Of a stretch of 64,000 nucleotides of DNA, positions 56,579-64,000 are shown piece after piece (position 1 is the stretch's first letter; each line of letters begins with the position of its first letter). The stretch comes from Bacteriovoracia bacterium (GTDB lineage Bacteria > Bdellovibrionota > UBA1018 > CAIPTA01): positions 416,001 to 480,000 of the forward strand of contig JBFWVL010000001.1 of assembly GCA_050246755.1 (NCBI GenBank), written 5' to 3'. The position numbers and the translations under genes were made by a program. The notes beneath the pieces were generated by a model, which searched no databases, was not told the DNA's origin, and saw nothing but the letters and a program-made list of their open reading frames with translations.

Positions 56579-58132
56579 TTAGTAGCATTCCGGTCGTAAC
56601 GCGAAAACATAGTCCCCCAGCTCATCTGCCCAGAATTCACCGTTGAATTGCCAGAAAAATTGATTGTCCTTGATGCTCGGGCGGCCGAGCGATCCGCGCT
56701 TCTTATGGCCCCAGATATCCTGGCCGCCGTTCACGTCGGCGCCCAGCTTCTCTACTTGGCTGCGCGAGCGGCGGAGCTGCTCGAGCTTGATGATATCGAT
56801 GGTGCTCACGTTGGCGAGCAGGCCTTTATACTCGGTGGAAAGACGCTCGCGCACGAAAAGGCCGCCCACTTCCTGGGCCGTCTGCCAGCGCCACACGAGC
56901 ACATCGCGCAAGAAGCCGCCGAGCCCACGCTTGCCGGCGTCGCCGAGATTTGCCAGCGAACCGTATTCACGGCGCACGCGATCGCCCGATTTCGCCAGCT
57001 GCACGAAGTACGGCGAGCGCACGAAGCGGTTCATCACCTGGTGCATCGGCACTTCGCTGTGCACCTTATTGTTCATGGCATCGAGGCCTTTTTGGAAGAG
57101 ACGCACGAGGCTCGAAGTGGAACCGCCGGCACTTTCGTCGAGCAGGGCCTTAATTTCCTGGCCTACTTTAGTATAGCGCTCCATGAAATTAGCCGATTCT
57201 TTTTCCACATCGTCGTAGATGCACATCTGCAGGTAAGAAATCGAACGCAGCATCTCCACTTCGGAATCATGGAACCAGGAAAGGCCGGGGGCCTTATAGG
57301 AAACGAGGCGGCCCAGGGCACGGTTATAGTCCCCACGGGCGATCGCCGTCCAGGCACGCTCGTACTGCACTTGCGGCCACACCATGCTCTGGATTTCCAC
57401 TTGGTCGTACCAAGCTTCGGCTTCAGCGTAATTCTTTCCCTGATAGTACCCACGGGCCACGCCGGCCACGCATCGGTTCTTCAGCTCGCGCGCTTCCTGC
57501 TTGGTCTGGCCTTTCATATAAGCCGATTTATCCGCGAACTTAGCGCAGGTTTTAAAGTCGTTGATTCCCTGCTCTATATTATTGAGAATCAGATTCGCCG
57601 TGCCCCGCAGAAAAAGCGCGGAAGGATACCGGGGAAAATTATTCGTCATATCGTTCACGGCGCGCAGTACGTCGTGGGGGCGCTGCGCGAAGAGATGATC
57701 CTGGGCGATAAAGTAGAGGAAATAATCCCGCTGGGTAGTGGGGTATTGGTCTTCCTTCGTGTACTTCAGAGCGTACTTCTTGAAGAGCACGCCACCCACG
57801 TTATCCACAAGCGCCTGGGTGCCGAGCAGCGCCATCCGGATGGCGCGGTCTTCCCCAACGGCGAGGGCCTTGAGGAAAAAGTAGGAAGCGGCCTGCGGCA
57901 TCCCATGCGCGATCAATGAATTAGAGATCGCGGCGTAGGCCATGCCCCGCTGCGAATCGTTGGAGGCGCGCTGGAGCGACTGGAAATAGTAGCGCGCGGC
58001 CTGGAAATATTGCGCGCGCTTTTCGAGGCGCAATCCTTCCTGCATGAACTGATCGGCCGAATAATCTTCGGCCCTGGCCCGCGCCGAGAGCAGGCAACCC
58101 GCCAACAAAACAACTGCTAGAAATTTCTTCAC
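56579..58132 (-). CDS. Gliding motility protein GltC-like (TPR)
   Basis: E.AW......YNRALG.L, YLQMC.Y, C-terminal FWQFNGEFWADELGDY......C. Confidence 0.82.
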   Translation of the reverse strand: MKKFLAVVLLAGCLLSARARAEDYSADQFMQEGLRLEKRAQYFQAARYYFQSLQRASNDSQRGMAYAAISNSLIAHGMPQAASYFFLKALAVGEDRAIRMALLGTQALVDNVGGVLFKKYALKYTKEDQYPTTQRDYFLYFIAQDHLFAQRPHDVLRAVNDMTNNFPRYPSALFLRGTANLILNNIEQGINDFKTCAKFADKSAYMKGQTKQEARELKNRCVAGVARGYYQGKNYAEAEAWYDQVEIQSMVWPQVQYERAWTAIARGDYNRALGRLVSYKAPGLSWFHDSEVEMLRSISYLQMCIYDDVEKESANFMERYTKVGQEIKALLDESAGGSTSSLVRLFQKGLDAMNNKVHSEVPMHQVMNRFVRSPYFVQLAKSGDRVRREYGSLANLGDAGKRGLGGFLRDVLVWRWQTAQEVGGLFVRERLSTEYKGLLANVSTIDIIKLEQLRRSRSQVEKLGADVNGGQDIWGHKKRGSLGRPSIKDNQFFWQFNGEFWADELGDYVFALRPECY

Positions 58133-58157
58133 GCGACCCTCCTTGGTCCAGCGAAAT

Positions 58158-58898
58158 CTAGAATGTATAGCTCAATCCTAGGGTAAGAAAATGATTGTCG
58201 TAGGTGTCTTCCACCGCTCCGTTGGTGGAAGTAAGCGAGCCATCAAGGCCGGTAGGCGCCTTATAGTTCACGGCTAAATAGTCCAGGCGGGCGGCGAACT
58301 GGCGGCTGATAAAAAACTTCATTCCCGTTCCGTAGTGGAAAGAGGTGTAGTTCGCCACGTTGAGAATTGGATCTCCGGTACGCGAAGTTTGCAAATCGAT
58401 CTCGCTAGACACTTGCCCCATGCCCACTTCGAAATGCCAATCCACGTAGAAGAGCTGGTTGAACATATTGAACTTGCCGTAGAAGGGCAGCCACACCACG
58501 GAGCCGCCGTAGAAGCTCTGGATATCGCGCACCGCGGGAACCACGGAACTCACCAGTTTTAACTGGCTCAAATTATTGTTCTCGGCATTCTTACCGAAGC
58601 CGGCGAGAAAGGAAGCGGCCCAATGCTCGTTGAAATAGTAGAACAACCGCGGCATCACGATGCGGCGCGTGCGATACGGCTCGCCGATTCCGATTCCGCC
58701 ATTCACGGCAAGCTCGATCTTCTGCGCTTTCGTATACTTACGATTTTGAACTACGTAAATTTTCTTCTCGGGGTCGAGCCAAGAAAAATCGTATTCGTCT
58801 TTTTCTGCGTCGGCATTTTGCTCTTCGGCAAAGGCTTGCGCCGTTCCAAATAGGAAACCAACGAAAATCAGCAGGAAAATAGACAGCCGCAACGACAT
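58158..58898 (-). CDS. Outer membrane beta-barrel, GltA/GltB/GltH-type
   Basis: Signal peptide; YVVQNRKYTK, W.PFYGK, YVDW, C-terminal GLSYTF. Confidence 0.8.
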   Translation of the reverse strand: MSLRLSIFLLIFVGFLFGTAQAFAEEQNADAEKDEYDFSWLDPEKKIYVVQNRKYTKAQKIELAVNGGIGIGEPYRTRRIVMPRLFYYFNEHWAASFLAGFGKNAENNNLSQLKLVSSVVPAVRDIQSFYGGSVVWLPFYGKFNMFNQLFYVDWHFEVGMGQVSSEIDLQTSRTGDPILNVANYTSFHYGTGMKFFISRQFAARLDYLAVNYKAPTGLDGSLTSTNGAVEDTYDNHFLTLGLSYTF

Positions 58899-58933
58899 AA
58901 CAGTCCCCCATCCATGGTGGTTCGCATCACTAG

Positions 58934-61900
58934 TTATATGAATTCTAGCACTATTTTTCTGCCAAGGTCACAATGCAAGGAGTACGGGCAAGAAAAACAT
59001 TCGTCGCCTCCGCGGATACCGCGTAAAGCCGGGTCGGTTTTTCCATCCGCGAGCGTGTAATTTTCCCGGATTTTTTCGATCTCCGCGGCAAGAATTTCGG
59101 CCGCCTCATTCGCGTCGGCGATTACCTCCACGGATTCCGCTTCGTTTAAATCCACGAGAAACCCCGTAACCCGAGCGGCTTTTCCTTCTTTTGCCGAGGC
59201 ATAGGCCGCGATCGCCGCCATGTAGGAAGCTACCTGGAAACGCTGGCGGCTGCCCCGCTCGTCCTCGAAAACCGAGGATTTATAATCCACCACCACCCAA
59301 GACCCATCTTTACGCTGGATCAGGCGATCGAGGACACCGTGTACGTACATTTGGCCTAGGCGCCACTCGAAAGGAATTTCCGGGTACGCTTTCACGCCGG
59401 GCCCGAACAAATCTTTTCCTACCGCGGAATCTAAAAATTTCCTCAACAGCGCAAGATCGATCTCCAGCAGTTCACGAAATGCCACGTTATCAGTCTTCGC
59501 GCCTTGGGCCTCGTAAGCTTCAACGAGCCACCCTTTCGCAAATTCCATTTCCTTATCCGGGTTCTGGATGCGTTCGAGTACGCGGTGGAGGGCGATTCCC
59601 CGCTCTTTCCTCTCGAGACCAAGCGCCTTGAGCAATTCGTCGGAGCGTATCCGCTTTTTCATGCCAGCCGAAACAGCCCGCTTTTTTTGCTGCTCCGGCG
59701 GCAGCGGCCAAAGATCTTTCACCTGATCATCCCAGCCCTGCACAAATTTCAGGCGGTGGAATTCAGCGCAATTTTTAAACGCGGAGATTTCCGAAATGCT
59801 GATATTGGCGCGGAAGGGAATCAATCTAGCCGAGATAGGTTGCCAATTCGTGGTTGGCGGTTTTTCTTTTGGAGAAACTTCCTTCACTTCTCCCGGCTTC
59901 CAGCTCTCCCAGCTCGCCGTATCGGCCAGCTTCGCGGCCCGGATCTGTTCGGCCCAGCTTTCTTTCTTGGGTTTGAAACTCTCCCCCATTTTCGGTAAAA
60001 TCAGGATCGCTTCTTCTTTGGCCCGAGTGAGCGCCACGTAGAGCAGGCGCTTGGATTCCGCGAGCTCTCTTTCCTTATTTTTCTCGCCTAGAATTTTGTG
60101 GGCAGCGTACTCTTCATCGTCTTCCAGCTTCAGGGCCACGCCGAATCCCGGCAGGGTCCGCAAGGGAGAAGCGTCGGGCAGCAAGCCGGAACTGAGGTCG
60201 GGTAGAATCGTGAGATCGAACTCGAGGCCCTTCGCGGCGTGCACGGTCATGATCTGCACCGCCCCGCCCGCGCCAGGCTCGGGCATGGTGCTATCATCGA
60301 GGCTATCCTCTTCCCTCTCCCAGCCGCTCCAGTTCGAAAGCCGCTCGATGATTTCCACCCGCGGAACGGCGTCGGCTTCGAGTGCCTGAATGATCGCGAG
60401 CAGTTTCACGGTTTGCAAATGCTCCCGGCGATCGAGGGGATAGGTTTCAAGCGCGCGGGCCAGCAGCTCGGAGCAGGACAGAAAGCTGGCCAGACGACGC
60501 CAGAGGAATAGTTGGGGCGCATCTTCCTCACGGAGAGACTCCCACAATGGCGTGCTACGGGAGCCCCGGCGCTGGATTTCGTGGATTTTGAAATCCGGCA
60601 TGCGGATCCAGGGAGAGCGCAGGCAGGCCAGCAGGGCTAAGTCATTATTGGCCCCATAAAAACTGCGAAGCAGCGCGATGCCGTCGAGGACCACTTGCTG
60701 GGAGTAGAAACCCCGACTCGAGCCCACCCGAAAAGGAATTCCCGCCCGCGTGAGCGCCTGCAAGTAGGCTTCGTTGCCAGATATCTTCCGGAGCAGGATC
60801 GCGATCCCGCTCGCGGCCGCTCCACCGGATATTTTTTCTTTCACCAGCTCCGCCACGATCTCGGCCTCTGTGGATCTACGAAGCTTGGCGCTAAGTTTCT
60901 CTTCGGGATCGCCGTATTCCACCACGCGCACGATGCCGCCCGTTTCCCGGTGCGCTTCCGCGACCGCCGCGACCGCCTCAAAGGAGGCCCCTTTCCCGGC
61001 GGCGGGAAAAATCGCCTCCGAAACCCGGTTTGCCATTTCCACTAGTTCTTTGCGGCTACGGTAATTTTTCGTGAGCGCAACGAGGCTCCCCGCGCTTTCG
61101 GCTTCGGCACGCAAGGTTTGGAATACGCTGACGTCGGCCGCGCGGAAGCGATAGATGGACTGCTTCGCATCTCCCACCACGAACAGGTTGGCCCAGCCCG
61201 GCCTCGCAATTTTTTCTAAAATCTGCCGCTGCACGGAATTCGTATCCTGGAATTCATCTACCAGCAGCAGCTCGAAGCGATCGCGGTAGTATTTCTGCAC
61301 CTCGGGATTTCCCAATACCTTGAGCGACAAGGCCTCGAGGTCATTGAAATCCAGAAGATCGCGCGCTCGCTTGGCCGCGTCGAACACGCCGGCAAAAATC
61401 TCTCCGAGTTCGAGCAGCTCACGCAAACGCTCTTTCTCTAAGCCCGGCTCCACTCTTTCGCCGAGAGTTTCCCTTACCCCGCTCACCCATTCTTTATAGG
61501 CGCTCAAATCCTCCGCCAAGAGCAAACGGCTCTCGAGCAATCTACGCAGGCAATTTTCGATTTTTTGCCTGGAAAAAACGGCGAACAGCCCCGCCAGCGA
61601 AGCCCGGGCCGACTCCGGAGGGTTTAGGAAAAACTCCTCGAAAATTTCCTGGCGAAGCGCTTCGGCTTCCCGCTCGTCCATCAACGTAGCCATCGGGCCG
61701 ATTCCGGCCTCCACGGGAAAATCGTTGAGCAAGCGGCGACAAAATCCATGGATCGTAGAAATCTGCTGAATAGCCTGGGCGGCTACTTTCACGCCCAGCC
61801 CCCCCTCGCCCACCAGCGCCTGGCTCACGCGGGCCGAGAGTTCCTTCGCGGACTTTTCGGTGAAAGAGATCGCCGCGAATTTTTCGGCGGCTTTATAAAT

Positions 61901-64000
61901 TTTTTCTCCTGCGCCTAAGCGCTTCACGAGGAAAGAACGGATCTTCTCCACGATCACCGTGGTCTTGCCCGTACCGGCCGAAGCCTCGATGAAAACCAGC
62001 TGCCCTTCGCGCTCGATGGCCTCCTGCTGCTGGGGATTAAGGCCCTTCGCCCTCCTCGCTCCCGCTTCCGGCGCCACTAGGTTTGCAGAATACAATTCCG
62101 AAAAATCCGGCAAGCTCCGCTCCCAAGGCTGGCGCATCGGCGCCCGTAATTCTCGGATGCGGCAGGCGGGGCGCACTTCGCAACGTTTGCAGCTGGTTTC
62201 CTCATCGAGAGGGGTAACGTCGAATCTTCCGCTCCGGATTTCCAGCGCTAGGCGCTTTGCCTCGGCGAGACTATCTTCTTTTAGGATGGCAAATTCTTCA
62301 TCGGTCTTCAGCGCCTTGCTGGTTCCGCCGAATTTAAAATATTTTACCTGACCGGGCTCAGCCGTCTTCTTGGTCTGATTGAACTCTTTACGTACCAAGC
62401 CCTGATTTCGCTTCCCCGTTTTTAGGCTCACGTAGAGGCCGCCCGCGGGCTCAAAGCCAGGGTACTGTTTTTCCATTGCGTCGAGATAAAGCTGGAGTTG
62501 GAAACGCTCGAGCGAATCCAGCTCGAGGGAGGTAGGCGTGGTGGCGCCGAGTTTATAGTCGGAAACGACGAAGCGGCGGTTGGTTTCGTCTACGTCCACG
62601 CGGTCTACTTTGCCTTCCCAGGGCAATCCTTCCCCCAAGGAACCACTTACTTTTTTTTCCACGTCGGGATCGCGGAAATAGGGAAACAGCTCGTAGTAGC
62701 GGGCATCCTCCTCGAGGAAGTTGGCCAGTAAACGACGCAGCCGCTCCACTTGATTGCGCTTCAGCTCCTCCCCGCCCTTGAAATAGTCTACTTTTTGCTC
62801 GCTCACCGCCTGGTTCAGGCAGCGCTGCAGGAGCTCGAGCCTCGCTTCCGGAGAAGGTAAATTTTTCCCTTTATGTTCCCCGTAAAAAAGCTCGAGCGCG
62901 CGGTGCACGATATTCCCCTCTTCCATGGGGCTGAGATCGAGGCTGAGCGGCTGAATCTTATCTTCGAGGCGCAGCACTTTTTCCGCGAAGGCGAGGAAAG
63001 GACATTCCTTGTATCGCTCCAGCAGGGACGCGGAAAATTTTGGCACATCGGGATTCGCCACCAAAACTTTCTCGTGGGCGCGAAAAGGCGGCACCGCTAC
63101 CTTGCGGGCTAATTCAGGCCACGCTTTCGGCTGAAGCGGGAGCGCGGCCGAGATCCAGGAAGGCTGAAGCTCATTCCCTCTAGAATCATGGCGGCTCCAG
63201 GAAAAAATTGCCTGGCCGGAAAGAGAAATTCTCTCCATCTGATCGAGAAAGCTCAGCTCTTCCTGCGCCTGGGAAAGCAATAAAAGATCGCTGAGCTTAC
63301 GCCGCGCGCTTTCTTCGAAATAGAAGCAGAAAGCCCGCCGGGGTTCGATCCCGCTATTCCAACCCAACGCGATCGTGACCGTTTTGTCATCGGCGGGAGG
63401 CAGCCACTCGCCGTACCGGTAAAATTGAAGCCGCGGAAAAAAACTCAAAATTTCTCCGGCCTGGCTTTCCTCCAGCAAGGATTTCAACTCGGCCAGCCAA
63501 TCGCCGAAGCTAAGGGTGCCTTCCACAGAGGAGGCGAGCACCTTCGCGTTGCGCAGCCAGGAGGAAATAGCTGCATGCGCTTCCCGCTCAATTTCGAGCT
63601 CGGGCGCCAAGCGCGCGAACTCGCCCACCCCGCAGAGCTTGGCGAGCTTCAGCATGGACTCGGCGAATAACGTGGCCGTGCCCGACTCCGGTAAAAGATC
63701 GTGAATCGTGCCGAGAAATTGGGCAAACTCCGCGAGCAAAGGATCGTTTCGCTCCGCCGCTTTTTCTTTCCATTCGCGCAGGCCGCGGCGAATGCCGGCC
63801 CGGCTCGCCCGCTCGCCGATTTCCCCGAACTTTCCTAAGCTAAACTGCAGCAGCTGCGCTAGCTCCAGGCTCCTTGCCAGGGAATACTGGTGACGCTTGA
63901 GCTCGAGGGCATGGAGAAAAAGCAGCGCCACCGGGTGATCGAGGGTTTTCTTGGCCGCAAAATTTCTCGGCAGCGCCAGCTCTTCCGCGAACGCGGCGTG
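58934..64000 (-). CDS. Fused AddB-AddA helicase-nuclease (5' part lies beyond the right edge)
   Basis: Frame stays open to 64000; AddB-type nuclease (FSASLLERYKECPF, GKVDRVD...DYK, QLQLY, CKRCEVRPAC) runs directly into a UvrD-type helicase (ASAGTGKT, VDEFQDTN, VGDAKQSIYRFR, NYRS, MTVHAAKGLEF, LYVALTRAKE) and a second nuclease (G.LDRL...DYKS, CFSCPYSLHC). Confidence 0.92.
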   Translation of the reverse strand, partial: HAAFAEELALPRNFAAKKTLDHPVALLFLHALELKRHQYSLARSLELAQLLQFSLGKFGEIGERASRAGIRRGLREWKEKAAERNDPLLAEFAQFLGTIHDLLPESGTATLFAESMLKLAKLCGVGEFARLAPELEIEREAHAAISSWLRNAKVLASSVEGTLSFGDWLAELKSLLEESQAGEILSFFPRLQFYRYGEWLPPADDKTVTIALGWNSGIEPRRAFCFYFEESARRKLSDLLLLSQAQEELSFLDQMERISLSGQAIFSWSRHDSRGNELQPSWISAALPLQPKAWPELARKVAVPPFRAHEKVLVANPDVPKFSASLLERYKECPFLAFAEKVLRLEDKIQPLSLDLSPMEEGNIVHRALELFYGEHKGKNLPSPEARLELLQRCLNQAVSEQKVDYFKGGEELKRNQVERLRRLLANFLEEDARYYELFPYFRDPDVEKKVSGSLGEGLPWEGKVDRVDVDETNRRFVVSDYKLGATTPTSLELDSLERFQLQLYLDAMEKQYPGFEPAGGLYVSLKTGKRNQGLVRKEFNQTKKTAEPGQVKYFKFGGTSKALKTDEEFAILKEDSLAEAKRLALEIRSGRFDVTPLDEETSCKRCEVRPACRIRELRAPMRQPWERSLPDFSELYSANLVAPEAGARRAKGLNPQQQEAIEREGQLVFIEASAGTGKTTVIVEKIRSFLVKRLGAGEKIYKAAEKFAAISFTEKSAKELSARVSQALVGEGGLGVKVAAQAIQQISTIHGFCRRLLNDFPVEAGIGPMATLMDEREAEALRQEIFEEFFLNPPESARASLAGLFAVFSRQKIENCLRRLLESRLLLAEDLSAYKEWVSGVRETLGERVEPGLEKERLRELLELGEIFAGVFDAAKRARDLLDFNDLEALSLKVLGNPEVQKYYRDRFELLLVDEFQDTNSVQRQILEKIARPGWANLFVVGDAKQSIYRFRAADVSVFQTLRAEAESAGSLVALTKNYRSRKELVEMANRVSEAIFPAAGKGASFEAVAAVAEAHRETGGIVRVVEYGDPEEKLSAKLRRSTEAEIVAELVKEKISGGAAASGIAILLRKISGNEAYLQALTRAGIPFRVGSSRGFYSQQVVLDGIALLRSFYGANNDLALLACLRSPWIRMPDFKIHEIQRRGSRSTPLWESLREEDAPQLFLWRRLASFLSCSELLARALETYPLDRREHLQTVKLLAIIQALEADAVPRVEIIERLSNWSGWEREEDSLDDSTMPEPGAGGAVQIMTVHAAKGLEFDLTILPDLSSGLLPDASPLRTLPGFGVALKLEDDEEYAAHKILGEKNKERELAESKRLLYVALTRAKEEAILILPKMGESFKPKKESWAEQIRAAKLADTASWESWKPGEVKEVSPKEKPPTTNWQPISARLIPFRANISISEISAFKNCAEFHRLKFVQGWDDQVKDLWPLPPEQQKKRAVSAGMKKRIRSDELLKALGLERKERGIALHRVLERIQNPDKEMEFAKGWLVEAYEAQGAKTDNVAFRELLEIDLALLRKFLDSAVGKDLFGPGVKAYPEIPFEWRLGQMYVHGVLDRLIQRKDGSWVVVDYKSSVFEDERGSRQRFQVASYMAAIAAYASAKEGKAARVTGFLVDLNEAESVEVIADANEAAEILAAEIEKIRENYTLADGKTDPALRGIRGGDECFSCPYSLHCDLGRKIVLEFI

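Overview
About 64 kb of core chromosome from a Gram-negative bacterium, most likely Bdellovibrionota or a related deltaproteobacteria-type lineage (inferred from a Glt/Agm gliding cluster, GSIII and many lineage-type secreted hypotheticals). Contents: resB (partial)-secG-tpiA-pgk-gap, yhaM, a degenerate comM, sppA, rpsA, and a long minus-strand envelope cluster (lysS-lolC/E-lolD-bamA-skp-lpxD-fabZ-lpxA-gnnA-like-lpxB-lpxK-lpxL-DUF3108-GT9-GT4) interrupted by inserted genes. Further on are mrp, anmK plus a 3D-domain protein, lpxC, ribF, a CHASE2 kinase and sigma-54 activator, glutamine synthetase III, a Glt gliding cluster, and a giant AddB-AddA fusion running off the right end. No rRNA, tRNA, CRISPR array or transposase was seen. 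Most notable observations: (1) heptamer-repeat blocks in inverted orientation bracket the gap-pgk-tpiA operon (27/31 complementary), and similar partly complementary blocks flank an inserted four-helix-bundle (IVS-type) gene, suggesting long-range RNA stems around gene blocks; (2) an unannotated 25-aa (KKKAT)n peptide gene with its own promoter, structured leader, RBS and terminator; (3) a single-chain AddB-AddA with two Fe-S-type nuclease domains; (4) a consensus sigma-54 promoter directly in front of lpxC. All calls come from reading motifs by eye; no database searches were run.
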